A DNA stretch of 64,000 bases, taken from the NCBI GenBank assembly GCA_964464625.1, contig CAYXKD010000002.1, positions 32,453-96,452 of the forward strand, written 5' to 3'. This document shows, one piece after another, positions 39,408-48,997 of this stretch. The notes beneath the pieces are model-generated. The model was not told where the DNA came from. It did no database searches and worked only from the letters and a program-made list of their open reading frames with translations. How positions within the stretch are numbered: the first letter of the stretch is position 1; every line of letters begins with the position of its first letter. A program made the position numbers and the translations under genes. The DNA is from an uncultured Syntrophomonadaceae bacterium. GTDB taxonomy: Bacteria; Bacillota; Dethiobacteria; DTU022.

Positions 39408-40268
39408 TTAAATTCCTTCCTTTTTACCTTTTTTGATCCCATAATTGCTCACAAATACCCAGAGCAGGCCAAAGAGCAGCCCCAGAACAGCCGAAGCAAA
39501 AATCACCAGGAGCAGCCGCGGCGGCTCCCTCTTCTCGGGCTGGTAAAGAGGGGTAAAATGCTTCTCAAAATACTCGTTATCATGTTTGCGCAGCTCAGAA
39601 ATATATTTTCTCGTATCTGTAATCTCTTTTGTCAGAGTCTTTTTTTCCAGGTAGAGATCTTTAATCATGGGGTCAACATCTAGAAAAACATTGAGAGCGC
39701 CCTCCTTCTCCTCGCTGAGCAGCCTGAGCCACTGCCGGTAGAGATTATCATAATAACGGGCAATGAACTTATCATCCATAAGATCATCGATAACCGTTAT
39801 CCGCTTCTCCTTGAGCCTGATGGACTCCCTCAGGTTGGCAATCCGTTCATCCCGGGATTCTCTCAGCGTTTGCAGGCCCATCTCGGTCCCGATCTCGGTA
39901 ACAGAGGCGGCGTCGCTGCCTATATAGCCAAGGTGCACCATCTTTTTATCCTCATCAATGGCAATGGAAAGATGGCGGTTAATCTCCGCCACAGCCTCAG
40001 GTGAGGAATCCACCACCAACTTCCGGCAGACCTGTTTCACCACAGTGCGGCGGATGAGAATCTCGTAATTTTCCACCTTTACCCCATCATATGGGATTGA
40101 AATGCTCGTCTGGATACTGTACTTTGCCGGAGCCAGCAAATAGATTGCCGGAGCGACGGCGATGGCGAAGATTGCGCCAATAAGCAAAATTTTGTTTCTG
40201 GAACGCATGATCAAATCCCAGATCCCTTGAAGTGTGAGCCGCTCCATAACTTGTTTAACCCCCTTCAA
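39408..40268 (-). CDS. Wzz-like chain-length determinant / polysaccharide co-polymerase (tentative)
   Basis: 286 aa. N-terminal TM and C-terminal TM flank a coiled-coil-rich extracytoplasmic region. Placement next to the priming transferase supports this call. Confidence 0.45.
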   Translation of the reverse strand: MKGVKQVMERLTLQGIWDLIMRSRNKILLIGAIFAIAVAPAIYLLAPAKYSIQTSISIPYDGVKVENYEILIRRTVVKQVCRKLVVDSSPEAVAEINRHLSIAIDEDKKMVHLGYIGSDAASVTEIGTEMGLQTLRESRDERIANLRESIRLKEKRITVIDDLMDDKFIARYYDNLYRQWLRLLSEEKEGALNVFLDVDPMIKDLYLEKKTLTKEITDTRKYISELRKHDNEYFEKHFTPLYQPEKREPPRLLLVIFASAVLGLLFGLLWVFVSNYGIKKGKKEGI

Positions 40269-40280
40269 TGCTTTAAATAA

Positions 40281-41321
40281 TCAAGAACCGCCCTCCCGGG
40301 CAGCGCTCTCCACCCGCCTGTAACGGGGAATAAACGGAGGATAAGCGCCCCACCCCGATAAAGCCTGTATGACCGTGCCCAGGTGAACCAGGTAAAAATA
40401 CCACCTTTTTTGAACTGCAAAGTAGAGCGCCAGGAGACCGTTAATCACCAGGGGCAGCGGTTTCCAGATAAAAAACCCGGGCACCGAAAGCAGCAGGGCG
40501 CCGAAAACCAAAAAAGGTCCGGGATAGAAACGGATGAAGTTCCCCAGATTCTTCTGCCTCAGCCGTGACCGGAGAAGCTGGTTCGGACCCGGGTAGGCCC
40601 CCTTTTTCATCCAGGGCCAAAAATTCCGCTCCAGCTTCTTCTTCAGGGGAAGCAGGGCGGTATAGTGATCCGCCATGGGCAGGGGCAGCGCCCGGATATG
40701 AAAGCCGAGGCCCCGGATCCGGCTGTACAGATCGATCTCCTCAAGCATGGATACAGCAGGATTCCAGTTTCCGGCCTGCAGCACAAGCTCCCGCAAATAG
40801 AGCACAGCACCCCCGTGGTAATCAGCGGCTTTTCCCCAGGGCCCCTCCCTGCCGGAGAAGAGAGCCGGCAGGCAGACATTGTCCACAGTGGAAACAATAT
40901 CGCCCTGCTCATCCATGAAGTGGCTGCGGGTCTTCCCCACAAAACCGGCTGCCTGCGCCGGCAGATCCCCCTCTTCTTCCCTGAGCCGCTCCAGAAAGGA
41001 ATAAAACTCCCTCTGTAAAACCATATCCCCGTCAAGGTAGAGGACCCATTTGCCTTTAGCCTCCAGGGTGCCCGCATACCTTCCCGAGGCGGGGCAGAGC
41101 AGGGGATCCTCCTCCAAAGAGTAGACCTTTATGCCGTGCTCCAGGGCAATTTCCACACTCCCGTCGGTAGAGAGGGAATCCACAAAGATGCGCTCCACAT
41201 CTCCGCCGCCGGGCAGCGACTGGAAAAGAGAGGGCAGCGTCTTCCCCTCATTGCGGCCGATCACCACAATGGAGAGCCATACCGGCCCGCCCCGCTCAGC
41301 AGGGCCTCTGCTGCTCTGCAC
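40281..41321 (-). CDS. GT2 family glycosyltransferase with C-terminal TM helices
   Basis: 346 aa. LSIVVIGRNEG...DSLSTDGS...YLDGDM (DxD) motifs. It overlaps the upstream gene by ~26 nt. Confidence 0.6.
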   Translation of the reverse strand: MQSSRGPAERGGPVWLSIVVIGRNEGKTLPSLFQSLPGGGDVERIFVDSLSTDGSVEIALEHGIKVYSLEEDPLLCPASGRYAGTLEAKGKWVLYLDGDMVLQREFYSFLERLREEEGDLPAQAAGFVGKTRSHFMDEQGDIVSTVDNVCLPALFSGREGPWGKAADYHGGAVLYLRELVLQAGNWNPAVSMLEEIDLYSRIRGLGFHIRALPLPMADHYTALLPLKKKLERNFWPWMKKGAYPGPNQLLRSRLRQKNLGNFIRFYPGPFLVFGALLLSVPGFFIWKPLPLVINGLLALYFAVQKRWYFYLVHLGTVIQALSGWGAYPPFIPRYRRVESAAREGGS

Positions 41322-42603
41322 AGCCCACCGCCCCCCTTTCGACCTGCCCTGCAGCGCCCCGCTCCCTTAAAAAACGGTACAGGGAGAGATAGAGCCCTGT
41401 AAAGAAGATAAATGTGAAATTCGTGGGCAGGATATGGTTAAAAAGGCTGGGGATGGAGGCGCAAAAAGCGACAATGAAAAGCATCTTCAGTAACCTGTAT
41501 TCCCGCAGGCCAATAATATTTTGGCAATAGATGCGGCGCCCCTGCCACAGCGGAAAGAGCAGGACCGCGGCAAGGGTCGCCAGAAGGGCGAGCCCCAAAA
41601 CATAGCCGAATTCAAAGAGATACTCGATGATAAAATTATGGGGGAAAATAGAGAGAAAAACATGAGAGGGCCAGGCTTCGGCACCGTAACCGAAAAGAAA
41701 ATTGAAAAGCTTCCCCCTGAAAAGAAGCTGCAAACCCTCTGAAACCATGCTTGCCCGGCCGGCATCCCCGCCCATAAGGCCGCTAAAACGCAGGGAAAAG
41801 TAATCGTATTTGCTTAAAAATATGGCCAGCACCGCCAGAGCCAGCACCATGGAGATATAATAAATATTTTTCAGGCGCCTCTCCAGGTGGCGGAAGAGGA
41901 GCAGCCAGAAGAGAAAAATCCCCAAAGCCAGCATGACAAAGCCGCCCCGCGAACCGCTCCAGACAAGCAGGGAAAGCATGATCCCGATGCAGGCAAAGCA
42001 TATCAGTTTTAACGAGGTGGCGATGTTTTCAAAAAATATAATAAAAAAGAGCACCAAAATGACCACAACGACATTCTTGGCAAACTCATTGGGATCGCTC
42101 ATCATTCCCTGCGCGCGGTAATAAGGGGTCAGCGTAAGCATTGAGCCTGTTGTGTAGTAACTGTAAAGCTGCTGATAGGACAGCAGGGGGATCGCCGCCA
42201 GGCAAACCAGGTAGGCCATCCTCATCACAGCCTTCTCATCCAGAGAGAGAAAATAGAATAATAAGAGCAGAAAATGCATCGTTGCATAGGAAATAACCTT
42301 CAGGGCCCACAAAGCCGCCGGAGCAGAGGAATAGAAATAAGAGAGCCCCATCAGCGCGGTAACAAAGAGCACCCAGAGCAGCATGGAAAGCTCCCCACCG
42401 CTTAAAAGCGGCCGGCGGAACGGCCTGATTCCGGCGGATCTGCCGCCGAAGAAAAAAGCTATCGCAAAGACAAGGGCGGTGCAAAAAGCAACAGCGGCAA
42501 AGAGATAGCTGAAATTTATAGTATCATGCCAGATGCTCCCCCTGAGGGCAAATGTGGGGATAAATGCCAGGGCAAGAAGCAGGGCCGCTGCATTCTTCTT
42601 CAC
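41296..42603 (-). CDS. O-antigen ligase / Wzy-type polymerase family membrane protein (Wzy_C domain)
   Basis: 435 aa with ~10-12 TM. A large loop with arginine-rich conserved blocks is typical of the O-antigen ligase/polymerase family. Confidence 0.7.
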   Translation of the reverse strand: MKKNAAALLLALAFIPTFALRGSIWHDTINFSYLFAAVAFCTALVFAIAFFFGGRSAGIRPFRRPLLSGGELSMLLWVLFVTALMGLSYFYSSAPAALWALKVISYATMHFLLLLFYFLSLDEKAVMRMAYLVCLAAIPLLSYQQLYSYYTTGSMLTLTPYYRAQGMMSDPNEFAKNVVVVILVLFFIIFFENIATSLKLICFACIGIMLSLLVWSGSRGGFVMLALGIFLFWLLLFRHLERRLKNIYYISMVLALAVLAIFLSKYDYFSLRFSGLMGGDAGRASMVSEGLQLLFRGKLFNFLFGYGAEAWPSHVFLSIFPHNFIIEYLFEFGYVLGLALLATLAAVLLFPLWQGRRIYCQNIIGLREYRLLKMLFIVAFCASIPSLFNHILPTNFTFIFFTGLYLSLYRFLRERGAAGQVERGAVGCAEQQRPC

Positions 42604-42604
42604 C

Positions 42605-43762
42605 TTAACCGTCCCGCCCTTCCATCAGAATTTCTGTTACACTCTGGAAGCGGCGCTCCCAGGTATGATCGCGCGCATAGTCAACGAGCTTTGCAGAAAC
42701 CGCTTCCTTCTCCGCCACCGCCGCCTTCAGGGAGCGGCAAAACTCCCCGGGACCGTCGTATGTATAAAGCGGCCCCTGCAGCTCCAGCAGCTCGCGCATG
42801 GGCGAGGCAACAACAGGCAGGCCGCAGGCCAGATATTCATAGTATTTGATGGGATTGATGGCATGGGTCAGCTCCGTAAGCTTAAAAGGGATGATTCCGG
42901 CGGAGCAACGGTGCAAATAGAGCGGTATCTCTGCATGGGGGCGCCCCCCCAGGTATGTAAAGTTGTCACGGCGCTCCAGGGAAGAGATCTTTTCGCGGAG
43001 CAGGCGATCTTTTATGGCGCCGATGATCAGAAAATGATATTCCGGCATCTGATCCAGGGCATATTCAAGGGTCTGCCAGTCAAACCATGAATCAATGGTT
43101 CCCACAAAAACAATGACCTTCTCTGCGGCGGGAAAATCCCCGGGACTGGGGCCGCTCTGCCCAAAGAAATATTCGCTCACACCGTTGGGCAGATAATGCA
43201 CGCCCTCCCCCTTGATCTGCAGGGCATATTCGTAGAGCTCCCGGGAAGTGGCCAGCACAGCATCAACGCGCCGGATCAGCTCTTCCTGCAAAGAGAGGAT
43301 GCTCTGCGGTATCCGGCCAAACTGGTCCAGCCTGTCGGCCAGCCTGAAACAGCTTTTCCCATGCGGCAAAATATCGAGCAGCCCCAGGGCCGCCGGATTA
43401 GCGCACCAGATCAGATCGGGCTCGGCAAACCCCGCCTTCTCAAGGGAGCGCCTTACAGAGGGAAGGCAGAAGCGGTAATGATTTCTCCCTGCCCAAAGCG
43501 AACCGAAAAAGGGGAGCCGGTAATAAGGCATGAGCGTCATCGGCAGAAGCCAGGAGATACCCTCATGCTCTCTCAGCCCTCCAGCCCAGACCTTAAACCT
43601 TCTTCTATTGGCTCTGTCCAGCTTGAATAGATGGAGCGGACTCATGGCCGGCCCCATCCAGAGGCAGCGGCTGCCGCTCTCCCGAAACCGCCTGATATAC
43701 TGGTGCGAACCAAGGGGATCGGCGCAATCCAGGTCATGCGTCTCCACAAACAGAACTTTCAA
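42605..43762 (-). CDS. GT4 family glycosyltransferase
   Basis: 385 aa. The C-terminal Glycos_transf_1 pattern is present (EGxGxxxxEAMAxGxPVV-like: YEYLACGLPVVASP). Confidence 0.8.
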   Translation of the reverse strand: MKVLFVETHDLDCADPLGSHQYIRRFRESGSRCLWMGPAMSPLHLFKLDRANRRRFKVWAGGLREHEGISWLLPMTLMPYYRLPFFGSLWAGRNHYRFCLPSVRRSLEKAGFAEPDLIWCANPAALGLLDILPHGKSCFRLADRLDQFGRIPQSILSLQEELIRRVDAVLATSRELYEYALQIKGEGVHYLPNGVSEYFFGQSGPSPGDFPAAEKVIVFVGTIDSWFDWQTLEYALDQMPEYHFLIIGAIKDRLLREKISSLERRDNFTYLGGRPHAEIPLYLHRCSAGIIPFKLTELTHAINPIKYYEYLACGLPVVASPMRELLELQGPLYTYDGPGEFCRSLKAAVAEKEAVSAKLVDYARDHTWERRFQSVTEILMEGRDG

Positions 43763-46120
43763 TCAATGCGCCTCCTGCAAATTAAACTCCAGAAGCAGCC
43801 TCGAAACAGGAACTTTTACACCGTAAGAAGGGGAGTGGTAACCGCCCTTTATATGCCCCCTGACAGAGGCGCCGCCGCTTATAACTTCCATATAAACGCG
43901 CCCTTTTCCTGTCGACAGAATATAGCGCTGCGGCGTGATCTTCTCAACAGCCACACCCGGCGCCATGTTAAAAGAGAGGAAAAAGCTCCCCTCTGAAATT
44001 TGATCCTCCACGATGACATTCTCTGCCGCTATGTAAAAACTGCGCCGGTGAATGCTGCCGTAGCCCCGGTGCATCCCTGAAAAATAGCCGGGCCCAACGC
44101 CTGTAATCTCCGCCCCCGCTTTATCGGGCAGGCTGAAAAGCCCCTCCATCCCCGGAGGCCACTCTTTCTGCTCCCTGCCGGGCAAGAGCAGGCTGTTATG
44201 CGCCGCCGTGGCCCGAAAATAGTTGCGCTCTTCAACAGAAGCGGTGTACACATAGCTTCCCGGATCCACAATCAGATCATCGCCGCGGACATTTAACTCA
44301 AAAGAGAGAATGTCATTGTGCGAATGCACGCCCCATCCCCCGGCAGCGCCGCTGCTGCAGGAGATAACGGCATGAAAGGGCGGAACATTGAAAACAGCCA
44401 CCCCTGCAGAGGGAAAACAGACCGGCTGCTCCCGGCCCCCCTCCAGTGCGGCGCCGCCCCCCTTAAAACCATCCAGGGTAAATATTGTGCGCACCGCCGG
44501 CATTTTTTCCGAAAGGGCAAACCCCTCTTCCGAAGCCTGCCCCGCTTTCACCTGCGGCCGCTCACCCCTCCCGGCGGCTGCACTGCGCAACTGATCCATA
44601 ATATCCTCATCCACTGCTGCAGTCAACAGCTCCGCAGCGGGCCGGTAAAGTTCCGCCGCCGCCAATAGATCCTCCCGGCCGAATATGTGCCCGGCCACCG
44701 CTACCAGGGGCCTGAAATCGCGGTGCTCCTCCCGGTAAATAGCGCTCTCTTCATCAAGGGCGGCGGTAAGAATGAGCTTGTGGAAACGCCCGTTATCAAA
44801 ATCGCCCAGCTGCGGCGCCCTCCCATCGGGCTTGAGCAGGGCAGCCGCATATTCAGCCGCCTTGAGCGCCCTCTCCCAGAAAGATGGCGAAAAGATCAGG
44901 GCGGCGGCGCGGCCCCCTTCACCCGCCCCCAACTTCTGCGCAATCTCCTCCCTGCGCCCCCGCTCCATCTGGAGCAGCAGCAGGGAGGCCGAATAAAATA
45001 TTTCCGTTGCCAGGCGGTGGTAACCGGTGGAGCCCTCAAAATTGCTCCCATCAGGCTGAAACTGCCTCTCTATCTCCCGGGAAAATTCGCGGACAGCAAA
45101 GTTCAAGGAGCGGCGGCTCTGCGGCAGCCAGGGGCAGGCCGCCTCCAGGTAAATCTGCCCCGCCAGCCCCGCCAGGTAATGGTTGCCCACAAAAAGATCC
45201 CTCTTTTCAGGATTGCGCCGCAGGAAAAGGGCATGCTTGTACAGGCTCCAGTTTAACAGACGGCTGAACTCAGGAGTGAACACCTCAGAATCTGCAAATA
45301 GTTTGAGCCCCCAGAGCCAGTTCACCGCCCTGATCGCCGCCTCCATGGGGCAGCTCCAGTTTGCACCGCAGTAAGGGGCATTGGAGACAATCCAGTCTGT
45401 GAGCTGCAGCACAAACTCAGCCGCCAGCGCAGCGGCCCGCTGCGGCTCCTCTTCAAGCCGGTAAGCCAGGCCCATAGCCCCTAAATGCTGAAAGCGGGAG
45501 AGCTCCCAGGGCACCTTGATATCGGCCCCCTCTGTCCGCCCGATGGGGATATCACGGTACCAGGCCAGGGGATCCCAGCGGTAACCGGAGCGGAAATCCA
45601 GTTGCCAGTCAATGGGGCGGTAGCTCTGCAGCCGCTCATAAAGGATCTTCTTCCCCTCACTCCCGGGCGCCCCCGCAGCGCCCCCGCCCGGACAAAGCAG
45701 GCGGCGCATCATCTCCAACACAGCCCCCTCCGCCGCCGCCCCGGGCGACATCTCCATGCGGCGCCCGGCAAAGCCCGCTGCCTCTGTATAATAGCCCACC
45801 TCAACAGGTCCCGAGCCCAGCAGGTCAAAACGGTGCGCAGAAGCCTCAGCAGCATAATGGCTGATGAGCCGCCGCCTCTCCGGCGGCAGCGCCCCTGCAA
45901 GAGCGGCGCTGTCAACAGCGCCGGGCAGCCCCGTCAGAGAAAAATCGGCCGGCACCCCCGGCGCCCGGGGTACGCCTCCCTGCCGGAAAAGATTGCGGTA
46001 GCGCCCTGCAGCCGCCTTTTGCCGCCGGCGCAGAAAAGGCGAAAGCGCCCTCTGCCCCACCTTCAAAAAAATCAGGCGGGGCGGCAGCTCAAGGAGGCGG
46101 CGCAGCGAAAAACCCTTCAA
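43763..46120 (-). CDS. Heparinase II/III-like family protein (alginate-lyase-like N-domain plus Hepar_II_III C-domain)
   Basis: 785 aa. A W/Y/N-rich (alpha/alpha)-toroid-like N-half (NAPYCGANW...AIRAVNWLW) and a beta-sandwich C-half. The stop overlaps the wecC end in an ATGA-type coupling arrangement. Confidence 0.6.
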   Translation of the reverse strand: MKGFSLRRLLELPPRLIFLKVGQRALSPFLRRRQKAAAGRYRNLFRQGGVPRAPGVPADFSLTGLPGAVDSAALAGALPPERRRLISHYAAEASAHRFDLLGSGPVEVGYYTEAAGFAGRRMEMSPGAAAEGAVLEMMRRLLCPGGGAAGAPGSEGKKILYERLQSYRPIDWQLDFRSGYRWDPLAWYRDIPIGRTEGADIKVPWELSRFQHLGAMGLAYRLEEEPQRAAALAAEFVLQLTDWIVSNAPYCGANWSCPMEAAIRAVNWLWGLKLFADSEVFTPEFSRLLNWSLYKHALFLRRNPEKRDLFVGNHYLAGLAGQIYLEAACPWLPQSRRSLNFAVREFSREIERQFQPDGSNFEGSTGYHRLATEIFYSASLLLLQMERGRREEIAQKLGAGEGGRAAALIFSPSFWERALKAAEYAAALLKPDGRAPQLGDFDNGRFHKLILTAALDEESAIYREEHRDFRPLVAVAGHIFGREDLLAAAELYRPAAELLTAAVDEDIMDQLRSAAAGRGERPQVKAGQASEEGFALSEKMPAVRTIFTLDGFKGGGAALEGGREQPVCFPSAGVAVFNVPPFHAVISCSSGAAGGWGVHSHNDILSFELNVRGDDLIVDPGSYVYTASVEERNYFRATAAHNSLLLPGREQKEWPPGMEGLFSLPDKAGAEITGVGPGYFSGMHRGYGSIHRRSFYIAAENVIVEDQISEGSFFLSFNMAPGVAVEKITPQRYILSTGKGRVYMEVISGGASVRGHIKGGYHSPSYGVKVPVSRLLLEFNLQEAH

Positions 46121-47409
46121 TAGCGCTCCCCCTTTTCATCCAGCCCCAGCAGATGGTAGCTAAAACCGTGCTCCTCCCAGAGCGCCCTCTCCAGGCAGGC
46201 TCTTGTATCCACAATGACATGGCGCCTCATGATCTTCCCCAGTTCTTTGGGGTAGAGATAGCGAAATTCATCGTGATCGGCCAGCAAAAGGGCGCAATCG
46301 GAACCGCTAAAGGCGGCTGAGAGATTGTTTGTCTCCTCCGGCAGGGTCACCACATGGGGATCATATATGCGGCAGTTAATTCCCCTGCCCCGCAGCGCCT
46401 CCAGGACCCGCAGGGCGGGGCTCTCCCTGGTATCATCGATATTGCCCTTGTACGCCACACCCATCAGTGTGACCACAGGATCTTCAATCCCCTTGAGCAG
46501 CTGCACAACAAGATCAGCCACCATGAGGGGGCGCTCATCATTGATCCGGCGGGCCAGTGCCAACAGCCTGGATTCTTCAGGAAACTGTGAAATCACAAAC
46601 CAGGGATCAACAGAGATGCAGTGTCCCCCCACGCCCGGCCCAGGCTGGTGCAGATGCACGCGGGGGTGCAGGTTTGCCAGGGCGATCATCTCCCAGGCAT
46701 TTATCCCCAGCTTCTCGCAGATGGCGGAGAGCTCATTGGCCAGCGCCACATTGACATCGCGGTAGATATTCTCGGACAGCTTGACCATCTCGGCGGTCCG
46801 CGCACCGGTGAGAATAATCTCTCCCTCCACAAAACTCCGGTAAAGCGCCTCGGCCTTCCGCGCCGATGCCTCGTCATAGCCGCCGATAATGCGGTTGTTC
46901 TCAATAAGTTCTTTCATGGTCCGCCCCGGCAGCACCCTCTCGGGGCAGTAAGCGGCATAAAAATCGCGTCCGCCCTTCAGGCCCCCCTGCTCCAGCAGGG
47001 GCACCACCAGCCCCTCCAGCGTCCCCGGGGGGGCCGTGGATTCCAGGATCACCAGATTCCCCTTTTGCAGATGGGGGGTGATTGCCTTCACTGCAGACTC
47101 CACATTGCCCAGATCCACATCGACGCGCCCCCCCTCCCTCTGCAGCGGTGTGGGCACGGCAATGAGAAAGACATCGGCGCTCTCCGGCTCAAGGGCGGCC
47201 ACAAGGTTTCCCGAATGCACCGCCGCCTGGACCAGGGTGTGCAGCCCCGGCTCGTGGATGTGGACAAGGCCCCGGTTGATCCTGGAGACCAGCGTCTCCT
47301 CCAGATCCACCCCCAGCACCTGGAAGCCGCTGCTGGCCAGGATGCTCGCTGTGGGCAATCCAATGTAGCCCAGGCCGATGATGCAGATCTTCTCTTTTTC
47401 TCTTTTTTT
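46117..47409 (-). CDS. wecC: UDP-N-acetyl-D-mannosamine dehydrogenase (nucleotide-sugar dehydrogenase)
   Basis: Start placed at ATG 47409 (MSKKKREKEKICIIGLGYIGLP) with a GGAGTG RBS. Dinucleotide-binding domain and catalytic Cys region present. Partner of wecB. Confidence 0.85.
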   Translation of the reverse strand, partial: KKREKEKICIIGLGYIGLPTASILASSGFQVLGVDLEETLVSRINRGLVHIHEPGLHTLVQAAVHSGNLVAALEPESADVFLIAVPTPLQREGGRVDVDLGNVESAVKAITPHLQKGNLVILESTAPPGTLEGLVVPLLEQGGLKGGRDFYAAYCPERVLPGRTMKELIENNRIIGGYDEASARKAEALYRSFVEGEIILTGARTAEMVKLSENIYRDVNVALANELSAICEKLGINAWEMIALANLHPRVHLHQPGPGVGGHCISVDPWFVISQFPEESRLLALARRINDERPLMVADLVVQLLKGIEDPVVTLMGVAYKGNIDDTRESPALRVLEALRGRGINCRIYDPHVVTLPEETNNLSAAFSGSDCALLLADHDEFRYLYPKELGKIMRRHVIVDTRACLERALWEEHGFSYHLLGLDEKGERY

Positions 47410-47479
47410 CTTGGACATGGCTTTCACTCCTTCAGGCGTGCTTCGCCGCCGCCCCAACCTGCCCCTGAGACAGCCTGCT

Positions 47480-48997
47480 TCAGGATTTGATCCGGGAGAG
47501 CAGGCTGGAGCGGATTGCGCCGGCGTCAATATAGCCGGAGCGGTTCATCAGAAAAAGCATGGCCAGAGCGGCCAAAAGAACCAGAAACAGCTTAACGGCG
47601 AGACAGATCCAGAGCCCCTCAATGGCGGCCTCAACAAGAACGATCATCGCCGTGGAGGCGATGGAGATGAGCAGCAGCAGAGCCAGGTTGCCCCAGTCAT
47701 AGGGCACAGGCCAGAGCTTTTGCGAGAGGAAAAGGTAACTCAGGGTGAACAGAAAATAAGATATCCCCGTTGCCGCCCCCGCCCCGGCGATACCCCAGTG
47801 CGGGATGAGGAAATAATTGAGAACAACATTGACTAAAGCGAAAATCCAGCAGGCAATCATGATATAAAGGGTTTTATTGTGCACCAGGATCCCCACCACC
47901 GTCACCTGAGCGGTCATGAAAAACATTATGCCCAGCGCCAGGTAGGGGATGGGCTGAAAAGAAGCATAGTAAGCGGGGGGAACCAGAATATAGAGCACCT
48001 CCTGGGAGAGAGCCACAAAGGCGACAACAGCCAGGCCTGCACCGGCTGTCAGATAGGTCATGGTCCGGGAGAATACCGCTTTTGCCTTTTCACGATCTTC
48101 TTCGTAAAGTTTGATCGCATGGGGCTGCCAGGACTGTCCCACCGCATTGTGCAGCAGCGAGAGCACCGCCACCATGGAGCTGGAGATGGCATAGAGACCC
48201 GCCTTTTCCAGCGAATCCATCTTGATGAGCATGATCCTGTCGGCATTGCTGAAGAGCCAGAAGGCCAGGGAGACAGGGACAAGAGGCAGACCGAAGAGCA
48301 GCAGCTTTTTCAGGTAAGCCCTTGATAAGTTTCTGGTGAGCAGCTCCCTGATGGAGTATATCCGCACCGGGATCATGATCAGGGAGGCGATCCCCGCACC
48401 CAGCAGGGCGCCCGTAATGCCCAGCCTGAAATTAAGAGCAAAAACCACAGATAAAATCAGGGTCAGCGCTGCGGTGATGACATTTAGAATGGTAAAGGCC
48501 CTGGCTTTGAACTGGTTGCGCAGCGCCTGGGAGAGAAGCATATTCAACATCGCTGCAGGGCTGAATGCCAGCGCTGTGATCCAGGCAAGCTTAAATATCT
48601 GATGCTCCAGCAGCATAACTGTAATAGCCCTGCTAAAAGGCAGCAGCGCCAGCACCACAAGATGGCTCCACACTGCCAGGAAGAGAAACCATGTTGAGGT
48701 TAAACTTTTTCGCTCCTCATCGGACTTGCATTCAAAATAATAGCGGGTATAGGCATCGTCTCCGCCCAGCAGCAGTATGCCCGTCAAAAATGCGATCACC
48801 GCCGAGATAAAGCTCCAGGCGCCGTACTCATCGGGGCTGAACAGGCGGGTAAATATGGGCGCTGAGATGAGGGAGAGCCCCTTGATCAGCATATTGCCGA
48901 AGCTGTAAAGAGCCATATCTCCAAAAAGCGCCTTGAAGCTGAACCCCCTGGCAGGCAGCGGTGCAGCCCCTTCCACTGTTCCCCGGTGTGCGCTCAC
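47480..48997 (-). CDS. Wzx-type oligosaccharide flippase (MOP superfamily polysaccharide biosynthesis protein)
   Basis: 505 aa with ~14 TM. The N-terminal ALYSFGNMLIKGLSLISAPIFTRLFSPDEYG is typical of Wzx/PST family proteins. Confidence 0.8.
   Translation of the reverse strand: MSAHRGTVEGAAPLPARGFSFKALFGDMALYSFGNMLIKGLSLISAPIFTRLFSPDEYGAWSFISAVIAFLTGILLLGGDDAYTRYYFECKSDEERKSLTSTWFLFLAVWSHLVVLALLPFSRAITVMLLEHQIFKLAWITALAFSPAAMLNMLLSQALRNQFKARAFTILNVITAALTLILSVVFALNFRLGITGALLGAGIASLIMIPVRIYSIRELLTRNLSRAYLKKLLLFGLPLVPVSLAFWLFSNADRIMLIKMDSLEKAGLYAISSSMVAVLSLLHNAVGQSWQPHAIKLYEEDREKAKAVFSRTMTYLTAGAGLAVVAFVALSQEVLYILVPPAYYASFQPIPYLALGIMFFMTAQVTVVGILVHNKTLYIMIACWIFALVNVVLNYFLIPHWGIAGAGAATGISYFLFTLSYLFLSQKLWPVPYDWGNLALLLLISIASTAMIVLVEAAIEGLWICLAVKLFLVLLAALAMLFLMNRSGYIDAGAIRSSLLSRIKS

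Noticed and set aside
47410-47529. 40-aa N-terminal extension of wecC that overlaps the Wzx gene end
   Set aside because: The ATG at 47409 has a GGAGTG RBS and gives the canonical MSKKK...ICIIGLGYIG dinucleotide-binding start. The extension would overlap the upstream gene by 50 nt.
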